In this document: piece after piece, positions 9,422 through 18,220 of the stretch | How positions within the stretch are numbered: the first letter of the stretch is position 1 | Layout: each line of letters opens with the position of its first letter | Assembly (NCBI GenBank): GCA_044355085.1 | Contig: JBIKYU010000002.1 | Coordinates: 634 to 64,633 of the forward strand | Length of the DNA: 64,000 nucleotides | Reading direction: 5' to 3' | DNA from: Rickettsiales bacterium | GTDB taxonomy: Bacteria; Pseudomonadota; Alphaproteobacteria; Rickettsiales; JBIKYU01 | Notes under the pieces: generated by a model | The model's input: only the letters and a program-made list of their open reading frames with translations | Database searches by the model: none | What the model was told of the DNA's origin: nothing | Made by a program: the position numbers and the translations under genes

Positions 9422-11251
9422 TTACTCCACCGTAACGGATTTAGCCAAATTCCTCGGCTGATCAACATCTGTGCCTTTCAAAACTGCGACGTGATAAGCA
9501 AGCAGCTGCACGGGAATTGTGTATAAAATCGGCGCAAGCCAAGGATCAATCGCAGGCAGTGTAATTGCAGCATTTGTTACATCTTTTAGCTCTTCTATTT
9601 TTGCGCGCGAACTCAGCAGAATAACTTGTCCTCCGCGCGCAGCAACTTCACGAATATTTGATGCGGTTTTTTCAAATAAACTATTATCTGGCGCAATTGC
9701 AATCACTGGAACATTCTTATCAATCAGCGCGATTGGCCCGTGTTTTAACTCGCCCGCTGCCAAACCCTCTGCGTGAATATAAGAAATTTCCTTCAGCTTC
9801 AGCGCGCCCTCGAGCGCTATCGGATAGCCCGTGCCGCGCCCGATATATAAAACATCTCTAGCTTTGGCGATTTTCGGCGCCAGATTTTGAATCATTGCAT
9901 CAAGCTGCAAAGCTTCTGATATATGACTAGGAAGCGCCATCAAAGCATGAATATAACGCTTTGCTTGCGCATCAGATAAAGCTCCGCGCGCCTCCGCCGC
10001 CGCTAATGTTAAACAAGCAAGTGTTACTAATTGCGTGGTGAAAGCTTTTGTTGAAGCAACGCCAATCTCAGGCCCAGCAAGGGTTCTAAGCACTGCATCA
10101 GCAGTTCTGGCAAGGCTGCTATTTTCAACATTAACTATCGCCATTGAGGCTTGTTTTTCATGTTTGGCGAAATGTAGAGCTGCCAAAGTATCGGCTGTTT
10201 CTCCTGATTGCGAAATGCATAAAGTCAAACCATTTTCTGAAAAAACTGGATGCGCATAACGAAATTCTGACGCCACAACCACCTCAGCAGAAATGCGCGC
10301 AATCCGCTCAAACCAATATTTTGCGACCATTCCCGCATAGTAAGAAGTTCCGCAAGCAACAATGGTTACGCGGCTACATTTTTTCCAATCCAGCGGCAAT
10401 TTCGGTAATTGCACGCGATGTTTCATCGGATGCACCAGCGCATTTATGGTATCGCCAATAACCGTTGGCTGTTCGAAAATTTCCTTCTGCATGAAATGCC
10501 TGAAATTACCTTTTCCGATTGCAGCGCCAGAGAATAATGTCTGCTGAACTTGGCGCTGCACTTGATCTCCCGCCTTATTCCAAATCTGCAAATTATCAGC
10601 GGTGATTTCTGCAAAATCATCATCTTCCAGATAAATTATCTGCGAAGTAAATGCGGCTAACGCATAAGCATCAGAAGCGCAAAAGCGCGCACCATCAGCA
10701 ATTCCAAGCGCCAGAGGCGAGCCTCTTCTTGCAACAAAAAGGCGCGGATTTTTCCCCGCGAATAAAATTGCCAACGCAAACGCGCCGCCAAGAACTGATA
10801 ATAATTTCTGCATCGCCAATTTCGGCTCTAATCCTTCGGCCAAATATGAGGAAAGCAAATGCACAACAACTTCTGTGTCTGTCTCGGAGGTAAAAACATC
10901 GCCAGCATTTTGGCGCTGCTGCCGCAATTCCTGAAAATTCTCAATGATGCCATTATGCACTACCGCAACAATTCCATTGCTATGCGGATGCGCATTTGCT
11001 TCTGATGGAGCGCCATGCGTTGCCCAGCGCGTGTGGCCAATTCCAAAGCTTCCAGAAAGTTTATGTTTCTCCAAAGCCTCTTCTAACTTGCGTAATTTTC
11101 CCTCCGCCCGCACGCGATCTATTTCACCTGTTGCCGTAACCGTGGCGATTCCTGCAGAATCATAACCGCGATATTCAAGCGTCCGCAAGCAGCGCAACAC
11201 ATCAGCAGCAACAGAATCTTTTTTACTAACTATTCCAACAATTCCACACAT
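9422..11251 (-). CDS. glmS: Glutamine--fructose-6-phosphate aminotransferase
   Basis: MCGIVG Ntn-amidotransferase start, two SIS domains and the canonical C-terminus KSVTVE. Confidence 0.95.
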   Translation of the reverse strand: MCGIVGIVSKKDSVAADVLRCLRTLEYRGYDSAGIATVTATGEIDRVRAEGKLRKLEEALEKHKLSGSFGIGHTRWATHGAPSEANAHPHSNGIVAVVHNGIIENFQELRQQRQNAGDVFTSETDTEVVVHLLSSYLAEGLEPKLAMQKLLSVLGGAFALAILFAGKNPRLFVARRGSPLALGIADGARFCASDAYALAAFTSQIIYLEDDDFAEITADNLQIWNKAGDQVQRQVQQTLFSGAAIGKGNFRHFMQKEIFEQPTVIGDTINALVHPMKHRVQLPKLPLDWKKCSRVTIVACGTSYYAGMVAKYWFERIARISAEVVVASEFRYAHPVFSENGLTLCISQSGETADTLAALHFAKHEKQASMAIVNVENSSLARTADAVLRTLAGPEIGVASTKAFTTQLVTLACLTLAAAEARGALSDAQAKRYIHALMALPSHISEALQLDAMIQNLAPKIAKARDVLYIGRGTGYPIALEGALKLKEISYIHAEGLAAGELKHGPIALIDKNVPVIAIAPDNSLFEKTASNIREVAARGGQVILLSSRAKIEELKDVTNAAITLPAIDPWLAPILYTIPVQLLAYHVAVLKGTDVDQPRNLAKSVTVE

Positions 11252-11257
11252 AAAATT

Positions 11258-11737
11258 TCATTCCCATTTTTTATGCTGCAAATGACACAAAGCAACTGCC
11301 AGAGCATCCAACGCATCATGCGTTACTCCGCGCGCACCAGGTAACAGAATTTGCACCATTGCCGCAATCTGATTTTTCTCCGCCCGACCAACACCAACAA
11401 CTGATTTTTTCACCAAAGTTGCCGCATATTCATGAACGGGCAAATTTGCTAAAGCCAAGGTAAGAAGAGCCGCTCCGCGCGCCTGCCCTAGTTTTAGAGA
11501 TGAACCAGGATTCTTATTCACGAAAGTTTCTTCAATCGCCGCTTCCCCAGGCTGATAGAAATCACAAACCTTTTTTATTTCATCATAAATTGTCCGCAAA
11601 CGCTTCTCTAGCGGCGCTTTGCTATCTGTACGCACCACGCCCGACTCAACAAAATGGAGCTTATTTCCCTCTTGCTCGACAATTCCCCAACCTGTGCATT
11701 GCAAACCAGGATCTATACCAATTACACGCCGAAGCAT
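11258..11737 (-). CDS. ruvC: Crossover junction endodeoxyribonuclease RuvC
   Basis: VIGIDPGLQCTGWGIV at the N-terminus. I moved the start to Met17 of the 175-aa ORF (11737); the upstream extension runs through a repeat element. Confidence 0.9.
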   Translation of the reverse strand: MLRRVIGIDPGLQCTGWGIVEQEGNKLHFVESGVVRTDSKAPLEKRLRTIYDEIKKVCDFYQPGEAAIEETFVNKNPGSSLKLGQARGAALLTLALANLPVHEYAATLVKKSVVGVGRAEKNQIAAMVQILLPGARGVTHDALDALAVALCHLQHKKWE

Positions 11738-11764
11738 AATTATCCATCTTATAAAATTAGAAAA

Positions 11765-11805
11765 CGAAAGCAGCGACGACTTCATGCAGGAAATATGCTT
11801 CCCAA
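11765..11805. repeat. Short dispersed repeat module (copy c2)
   Basis: GCAGCGACGACTTCATGCAGGAAATATG at 11770-11797 matches 11893-11920 at 26 of 28 positions. Confidence 0.7.
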
Positions 11806-11887
11806 AATACCTGCAGATTTCCTTGCAGTACTAGGAAATGCAAGGCTTTTAAGCGGAGTGTACTAAAAAGTACATGAGCACTAAAAA

Positions 11888-11927
11888 CCGCAGCAGCGAC
11901 GACGTAATGCAGGAAATATGAAGGTAT
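11888..11927. repeat. Short dispersed repeat module (copy c3) abutting the yebC stop codon
   Basis: GCAGCGACGACGTAATGCAGGAAATATGAAGGTATT. It is about 85% identical over 33 nt to 45314-45344. Confidence 0.7.
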
Positions 11928-12680
11928 TTACTCTGATATTATTTGGGCAGCTACATCATCAGCCATCTGATAATTTGCGAAAACTTCTTGCACATCATCG
12001 TAATCTTCTAGTGCGTCTACTAATTTTAGGATTGCGCGTGCTGATTCGATGTCTACTGGGGCTTCGGTTTTTGCGATCCAGGCTAGTTTTGCTGATTCTG
12101 GCTCGCCGAATTGCTTTTGCAGGGCATCCCTCACTATTGCCATTGCATCTGGCGCTGTTGCTACTTCGTGCCAGTCAGCGGAAGATTCTACATTCTCTGC
12201 ACCTGCCATCACTGCTGCTTCAAACATCGCATCGGCATTTGCAACAGCGGCGGAGAAAACCACCAAACCAACGCGCTCAAACATAAAATTCACGCTGCCG
12301 CTTTCACCTAGATTTCCGCCATGCTTAGAAAAGATTGCGCGTAAATCTGAAGCGGTACGATTGCGATTATCGGTAAGCGCCTCAATAATTATGGCCACAC
12401 CTCCAGGACCATAAGCCTCGTAGCGCATTTCCTCATATTGCTCGCCCGTTAATTCGCCCGAACCTTTTTTGATTGCCATTTCGATTTTATCGCGCGCCAC
12501 GCCAGAACGCCTAGCCGCTGTAATTGCCGAGCGCAAACGCGGATTGAATTCAGGGTCAGGCTGACCTTTTTGACAAGCGACGATTATTTCGCGCACAAGC
12601 TTGGTGAATAATTTTGCTTTTTTTGCATCTTGCGCGCCTTTGCGATGCATAATGTTTTTAAACTGCGAATGTCCTGCCAT
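11928..12680 (-). CDS. yebC: YebC/PmpR-family DNA-binding transcriptional regulator
   Basis: The family-defining N-terminus MAGHSQFKNIMHRKG, 250 aa, located upstream of ruvC as in many bacteria. Confidence 0.93.
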   Translation of the reverse strand: MAGHSQFKNIMHRKGAQDAKKAKLFTKLVREIIVACQKGQPDPEFNPRLRSAITAARRSGVARDKIEMAIKKGSGELTGEQYEEMRYEAYGPGGVAIIIEALTDNRNRTASDLRAIFSKHGGNLGESGSVNFMFERVGLVVFSAAVANADAMFEAAVMAGAENVESSADWHEVATAPDAMAIVRDALQKQFGEPESAKLAWIAKTEAPVDIESARAILKLVDALEDYDDVQEVFANYQMADDVAAQIISE

Positions 12681-12850
12681 GTTGAAATCCTTTTAAAAAA
12701 CGGGCGCAGAACATAGCAATTTAGCGCGTTTTGTACAATCCAAAGCAACAAAAAATATTATAGCTGCAGCTGAATTTGGCTAATATTTTCCACCAAAAAT
12801 AATTTTTATCCTTACGGCTACGGAATCAAATTCCGCAATTACAATGATGA

Positions 12851-13411
12851 TTACAGCAGCAGAATTTGATCAAGCGCTTGATCATGCTCTTCTGGGAAAA
12901 CCGTTTCAACGCGCTGAAGCTCATATCCCAAGCCAATTGTAAGTGGTTTTCGTCCGTCATTTTTTAGAGCTGCAAGCGTTATATCATAAAAACCGCCGCC
13001 ATAACCAAGACGAAAATTCTTTCGATCGAAAGCAAGTCCTGGAAGTAAAATCATGTCTGGAATAATTGCCACGGAATCAGCACGCGGCTCCAATATTCCA
13101 TAAATATTTTTTTGTAATTTATCATCCAGTTGCCATTGCCGAAATTCAAGCGGAGCGCCTTTTTTAGCGACAATTGGCAGGGCAATAATTTTGCCATCGC
13201 GCGCAAGATTTTCTAACAAATTCCACAAGTTCAATTCAGAATCATGCGCTGCATATCCAGCAATAATTTTATGCTCGGGGAAATTATTTTTCTGCGCAAA
13301 AATCAGTGCCAGTTTTTCTTCTGCCAAGCGGCGCTCTTCTTGAGAAACAGCCAAACGCAGCGCGCGCATTTGCTCACGCAGTAATTTTTTATCCGCCACC
13401 ATTACCAACAT
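12851..13411 (-). CDS. 5-formyltetrahydrofolate cyclo-ligase
   Basis: Family motif LGYGGGFYD near the C-terminus and about 185 aa when started at Met40 (13411) or Met43 (13402). The longer ORF would run into the putative 6S RNA. Confidence 0.8.
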   Translation of the reverse strand: MLVMVADKKLLREQMRALRLAVSQEERRLAEEKLALIFAQKNNFPEHKIIAGYAAHDSELNLWNLLENLARDGKIIALPIVAKKGAPLEFRQWQLDDKLQKNIYGILEPRADSVAIIPDMILLPGLAFDRKNFRLGYGGGFYDITLAALKNDGRKPLTIGLGYELQRVETVFPEEHDQALDQILLL

Positions 13412-13479
13412 CAACAGGAGTTTAAGACATATTTCTAGCCTGAAATTTTCACTGCTTAAAAATATGAAATGGTATTGCT

Positions 13480-13660
13480 TATAAGGAAGAACGGCGAACC
13501 ACAAGAATCGTGAGTATGATTCCGCCAAGAGCCTCTTTTGCTCAAGTGGGCGCCATGTTTTTCCGCACTAACGGAAAAAGGGACAGCTCCCGATGCGTTT
13601 TAATATTGCCTCTGGGGTTGTACAAACCCACGCAAGCCGCAGCAAACCGTTCTCCCGCAG
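13480..13660 (-). ncRNA. ssrS: Probable 6S RNA
   Basis: It sits in the gap between zapA and the 5-FCL gene, the conserved zapA-ssrS-ygfA arrangement. A closing helix forms between GGGAGAACGG (13647-13656, minus) and CCGUUCUUCC (13485-13494). There is an apical 8-bp hairpin UUUUUCCG-UUAGUG-CGGAAAAA near the centre and an internal hairpin GGGUU-UGUAC-AACCC. The ends are approximate. Confidence 0.55.
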
Positions 13661-13687
13661 CTTTTATACGCGCTTATTTATGCATCA

Positions 13688-14026
13688 TCAAGCATTGGAC
13701 TCGATTTTTTCCGCCATTTTCTCGACATATTCAGCCAAACTATCCATCGCCTCCGCCCAACCTTGCTCGAGATCTTTTTGTGCGCGCGCAATTTCTGCAT
13801 CTGCTGATGGTTTTTGATCGGCTTTTTTCAGTTGATCAATTTCTTCTTCCATCATCAATGAAGCAATTGCTAGCAGCTGCATATCGCTACCTTTTCCGAC
13901 CTCCTGCCGCACCGCCTCCATGCGCCGATTAACCCGCGCAGCAAGCTCTTGCAAGCGCTTCTCTTCGCCTTCACCACAGGCCAGGGGGAAAACATTTTGT
14001 CCGAAATTTAATCTTACAACTGGCAT
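13688..14026 (-). CDS. zapA: Cell division protein ZapA
   Basis: N-terminus VVRLNFGQNVFPLACGEGEEKRLQELAARV and a coiled-coil tail, with ZapA size and position. Confidence 0.8.
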   Translation of the reverse strand: MPVVRLNFGQNVFPLACGEGEEKRLQELAARVNRRMEAVRQEVGKGSDMQLLAIASLMMEEEIDQLKKADQKPSADAEIARAQKDLEQGWAEAMDSLAEYVEKMAEKIESNA

Positions 14027-14030
14027 GAAT

Positions 14031-14252
14031 TTATTTTCCTTTCGTCAGCGCAAGGTGATGTTCTTCTAAAAGATCAAGCAGCGTACGTTCTTGTCTACGC
14101 AAAGATGATGCCGTACTAGCACCTAGTTGTTTTATTTTTTTCTGCGCTGCAATTTGATTATCTATCGCGCGCTCAAGCCGCATAAGCGCCAGAGATAATC
14201 GCTCTTTCGCAACCATCATTTTCTCAGAAGGAACTTGCTCATTCATACGCAA
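14031..14252 (-). CDS. Small coiled-coil protein (DUF4164-like, usual upstream partner of zapA in alphaproteobacteria)
   Basis: A 73-aa helical/coiled-coil ORF ending 4 bp before the zapA start. The family assignment rests on position and composition only. Confidence 0.5.
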   Translation of the reverse strand: MRMNEQVPSEKMMVAKERLSLALMRLERAIDNQIAAQKKIKQLGASTASSLRRQERTLLDLLEEHHLALTKGK

Positions 14253-14371
14253 TCATGCTTTTCAAAAAATCAATCATTGTGATAAAAACAAAGATACATT
14301 TGACCTCAAAATATTTGAGGCTTTGACTCAGAAAAAATCTTAAAATTGTTCGCAAGCTTTGCAATATAGAG

Positions 14372-14881
14372 ATGAGCCGCAATATGACAAGCCTCCGCAC
14401 CGCATTTTCTATAAACGCGCCGTTTGGCGGAACGCTGATCTTCTGGGCTTTTGGCAGCAGCCCGCATTCGCTTTCTTTTTCTTTTTCAGAAAAAATTTTA
14501 GATAAAGAAACACATCTAGATATAAAAAATGCTCTTGTTGGTTATTTAAAAAATCAACAACCAATCGCTTGTGAAATAGGAAAGAAGCTGCTTTCAGCGC
14601 GAGATGAGCTTTCTGATTTCCAGAAAAATATTTTGCTTTATATGTTGGAAATTCCTTTTGCAGAAACTATTTCTTATCAGGATTTAGCAATTGCTGCAGG
14701 AGAGAAAGCCTCCGCTGCACGCGCAGTTGGCAATGCCTGCAATAAAAATCCTTTTCCGATTTTTATTCCTTGTCATCGCGTAATTCCAAAAGATGGTAAA
14801 GTTGGTAACTTCGCTTGGGGCGGCGCTGCAAAAGTCTGGCTATTGACGCAAGAACAAGCAGCGTGTAGCAACCGCGTCTAA
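14372..14881 (+). CDS. ogt: Methylated-DNA--protein-cysteine methyltransferase
   Basis: Active-site IPCHRVI and the helix-turn-helix segment preceding it. Confidence 0.85.
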   Translation: MSRNMTSLRTAFSINAPFGGTLIFWAFGSSPHSLSFSFSEKILDKETHLDIKNALVGYLKNQQPIACEIGKKLLSARDELSDFQKNILLYMLEIPFAETISYQDLAIAAGEKASAARAVGNACNKNPFPIFIPCHRVIPKDGKVGNFAWGGAAKVWLLTQEQAACSNRV

Positions 14882-14916
14882 AAATTACTAATCATTGTTT
14901 TTATAGAGAATAAATC

Positions 14917-16200
14917 ATGAAAGTCTTCGTTTTAGGCGCTGGCGTGTTAGGCGTCACAACCGCTTATTTCCTTGCGCGCAAGGGCTTTGAAGTAACAGTT
15001 CTCGAGCGCCAACCAGCACCAGCCGAAGAATGCAGCTACGCCAATGGTGGGCAGCTTAGCTACACACATGTCGAGCCCTGGGCCAGCGCGTCTTTACTTC
15101 CGAAGCTGCCGCAATGGTTGCTAGATCCAGATTCACCACTGGTTTTTCATCCACGTTTCGATCTCGCTATGTGGAAATGGGCAACAAAATTTTTGTTACT
15201 TTGCAACAATCGCGCCGCCGAAGAAAGTACCAAGCGCATGTTTAAACTCGCGCGGTTTAGCCAAGAAAAAATGACTGAAATTCGTGACCACACCGATATT
15301 TCCTTTTTCTTTAACGACAAAGGAACTCTTCATGTTTTTCATTCTGAAAAATCTTTGCAGCATTTTGCCAAGCAGTCGGAATTTCAAAAAACGCTTGGCT
15401 GTGAATCTATAATCCTTAGCGCTGAAGAATGCCTAAAAAAAGAACCTGCGCTCACACACGCACCAAAACGCCCCAAAGGCGGCGTGTTTTTTCCGCTCGA
15501 TGAAACAGGCGACATTCATAAATTCACCACTAATCTTGCTGAATGGCTTAGCACACATCACGCTGTTTCTTTCCGTTACAACTGCAAAATTGATGCGCTT
15601 GAAGCCGATGGAAATCGCATCAGCAAAATTCACGTCACCCAAGCAGAACCAGGCAAGAAGCCAACATCAGAAGCATTGTCCGCCGATAAAATTGTTCTGT
15701 CGCTCGGCGCCTATAGCCCGCTTTTATTGAATCCACTCAACATCAATGTGCCAATTTATCCGCTCAAAGGCTATAGCCTAACAATTCCTATTACTAACTC
15801 CGAAGCTGCGCCGCGAATTTCTATCACCGATCAGGGCAATAAAATTGTTTATAGCCGTCTAGGCGATGCGCTGAGAGTAGCAGGAACTGCGGAATTCGCA
15901 GGATACAATCATGATGTTACCGCGCGCCGCATTCGTACATTAAAGAAAATGGTTTGCGAGCTTTTCCCTGACGCAGGAAATTTACAACACGCGCGTGAAT
16001 GGGCCTGCTTGCGACCATCAACACCAGATGGCTCACCAATTATCGGCAAAACTCCCTACAACAATCTTTATTTAAACACAGGACATGGCACATTAGGTTG
16101 GACCTTAGCTGCTGGCAGCGCTGCTGCTGTTGCCGATTTAATTGTCGGAGAAGCGGCCCCTGTGGATCTCTCTGGCCTCACTCTCGAAAAATATCTGTGA
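14917..16200 (+). CDS. dadA: D-amino acid dehydrogenase (FAD-dependent oxidoreductase)
   Basis: N-terminal dinucleotide fold VLGAGVLGVTTAYFLARKGFEVTVLER, 427 aa, DadA-like C-terminal half. Confidence 0.82.
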   Translation: MKVFVLGAGVLGVTTAYFLARKGFEVTVLERQPAPAEECSYANGGQLSYTHVEPWASASLLPKLPQWLLDPDSPLVFHPRFDLAMWKWATKFLLLCNNRAAEESTKRMFKLARFSQEKMTEIRDHTDISFFFNDKGTLHVFHSEKSLQHFAKQSEFQKTLGCESIILSAEECLKKEPALTHAPKRPKGGVFFPLDETGDIHKFTTNLAEWLSTHHAVSFRYNCKIDALEADGNRISKIHVTQAEPGKKPTSEALSADKIVLSLGAYSPLLLNPLNINVPIYPLKGYSLTIPITNSEAAPRISITDQGNKIVYSRLGDALRVAGTAEFAGYNHDVTARRIRTLKKMVCELFPDAGNLQHAREWACLRPSTPDGSPIIGKTPYNNLYLNTGHGTLGWTLAAGSAAAVADLIVGEAAPVDLSGLTLEKYL

Positions 16201-16207
16201 TTAAAAA

Positions 16208-17050
16208 ATGCAAACAAAATTTTTTACCGCACCAAAAGGCCATCGCCTAGCCTACACAGAATTTGGCGACCCGAAATCCTTGCGCACTGCTTTATGTGTA
16301 CACGGACTTTCTCGCAATGGACGTGACTTTGATTTTCTTGCTCAATCCCTTGCAAAATCAGGATTCCGCGTGCTCTGCCCTGATATTGTTGGGCGCGGAG
16401 AAAGTGATTGGCCCGATGCCAATGATATCTACAATTACGCCACTTATATTGCCGACATCATGGCTTTACTTGCGCATACCAACACTAAAAATGTTGATTG
16501 GATTGGCACATCAATGGGCGGCTTGATTGCAATGGTTCTCCATGCACATTTCCCGCATGTGATCAAAAATTTAGTGATGAATGATGTTGGCCCAATAGTT
16601 CCAGGAAAATCTCTGGAGCGCATAATCAACTACGTAATCGATTGGCCAATTTTTCATAAAATTGAACCTGCAGAAAAATTCTTGCGCAAAAAACTTTCAA
16701 CTTTCGGCATTCACCAAGAAGAACACTGGCAGCATATTTTTAAACATGGCATAAAAGCCTGGGACGAAAAACGCTTGGTTCTAAATTATGATCCCCGCAT
16801 TGTAAGTCGCCCAGAACCTGGTCAACCAATCGAAGATGTTGATCTCTGGCATTTATGGGACGGCATAAAAATGCCGACTTTGATTTTGCGCGGCGCACTC
16901 TCTGATGTCCTTTTTGCTGACACTGCAAAACAGATGCAATCTCTACACGGAAACGCCGCCTTGCTCACCTTCGAAAACATCGGACATGCGCCAGCTTTAA
17001 TGGATGAGGAGCAAATCGCGCTCGTACAAGATTGGCTCATGGCGCGTTAA
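16208..17050 (+). CDS. Alpha/beta-fold hydrolase
   Basis: HGLSRNGRDF oxyanion region, nucleophile elbow GTSMGG and a C-terminal His (GHAP). Confidence 0.8.
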   Translation: MQTKFFTAPKGHRLAYTEFGDPKSLRTALCVHGLSRNGRDFDFLAQSLAKSGFRVLCPDIVGRGESDWPDANDIYNYATYIADIMALLAHTNTKNVDWIGTSMGGLIAMVLHAHFPHVIKNLVMNDVGPIVPGKSLERIINYVIDWPIFHKIEPAEKFLRKKLSTFGIHQEEHWQHIFKHGIKAWDEKRLVLNYDPRIVSRPEPGQPIEDVDLWHLWDGIKMPTLILRGALSDVLFADTAKQMQSLHGNAALLTFENIGHAPALMDEEQIALVQDWLMAR

Positions 17051-17144
17051 ATTTATTGCGTATTTTTTTAAAGAATTTGCAGTTTTTAAACTGGAAATTT
17101 CATCCAATTTTTTTGCTGCAAAATTTTTGCTCGAAATGAAAATT

Positions 17145-18125
17145 CTAGATGTTGACCTTGCGCTCGATAATATACATAGGCCTGCCGCGCACTTCATCGT
17201 AAATTCTGCCGATATATTCGCCGACAATTCCTACACATGCCAGCTGCACGCCGCCCATAAACAGCACTAAAATTGTGAGTGTTGGAATACCTGTTGGATA
17301 TTCTGTGCCGACCACAAATTTTGAAAACACCATCCACAAGGCCAAAAGCGCCGAGAAAAAAGCGATGGCGAATCCAAGCAACAAAACCAAAGAAAGTGGC
17401 TTGTTAGAAAATCCAACCAAGCCGTTAAAACCAATTTTAAGCGAACCAAGATAGCGGTTGTAATGCCCAGATCCTGAGTGTCTTGCGTCGCGGTCATATT
17501 CTACTTCCGCCTGCTTGAAACCAACAAAAGCGACAAGGCCGCGCAAAAATCCGTGCCCTTCTTTTAAGCTACATAATTCATCAATCACGCGCCTGCTCAT
17601 GATACGAAAATCGCCTGTGTTTTTTGGAATATTAATTCCGCTCAAATTATTTATCAGCCAATAGCCAAACACAGAAACCGCGCGCTTTACAGCGGTCTCT
17701 CCTTCGCGCGAACGTCTTTTTGCGTAAACTACCTCAAAATTTTCCTGCACTGCTTTTTGATATAAAGTATCAATTAATTCTGGCTGATCTTGTAAATCAA
17801 CATCTATCACCACCGCATATTCTCCGCGCGCTTGCCGCAGCCCCGCCATAACCGCAGCTGGCTGGCCGAATCTCCTACTCATCACCAACATACCAATTGC
17901 AGAATTTCTTTTTATATGCGCCTCTATCACTGCCTCTGTTGCATCGGGTGATGGATCAAGACAAAAAATAATTTCATGCGCACCAATCTGCTCAAGCACT
18001 GGCTCTAGACGATCCAAAAAAGGAGTGATGCTGCCTGCCTCTTTATAAACTGGCACGACTACTGATATTAGAATCGAAGATTCTTTGGAATCTTGCATAC
18101 TACCTCCTAAGTGAAAAAAATTCAT
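17145..18125 (-). CDS. Family-2 glycosyltransferase, polyprenyl-phosphate sugar transferase type (ArnC/GtrB/DPM1-like)
   Basis: VVVPVYKE start of the GT-A fold, a DVDLQDQPE (DxD-type) motif, and two C-terminal TM helices. Confidence 0.82.
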   Translation of the reverse strand: MNFFHLGGSMQDSKESSILISVVVPVYKEAGSITPFLDRLEPVLEQIGAHEIIFCLDPSPDATEAVIEAHIKRNSAIGMLVMSRRFGQPAAVMAGLRQARGEYAVVIDVDLQDQPELIDTLYQKAVQENFEVVYAKRRSREGETAVKRAVSVFGYWLINNLSGINIPKNTGDFRIMSRRVIDELCSLKEGHGFLRGLVAFVGFKQAEVEYDRDARHSGSGHYNRYLGSLKIGFNGLVGFSNKPLSLVLLLGFAIAFFSALLALWMVFSKFVVGTEYPTGIPTLTILVLFMGGVQLACVGIVGEYIGRIYDEVRGRPMYIIERKVNI

Positions 18126-18220
18126 AACCTACAAGAACAAGAGAAAACAAGCATTTCAGCCAGGTCAGTCGCCGTTAAATTTTATAGATCTTCGCCGATA
18201 AATTATCAAAAAATTATTAT

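Noticed and set aside
9519-11165. A series of 60-105-aa plus-strand ORFs inside glmS. Similar antisense ORFs occur inside phaC, pepA, flhB, fliR, acnA, thrC and other genes.
   Set aside because: These are shadow ORFs on the opposite strand of well-supported genes. They have no recognisable motifs and their composition is typical of antisense frames.
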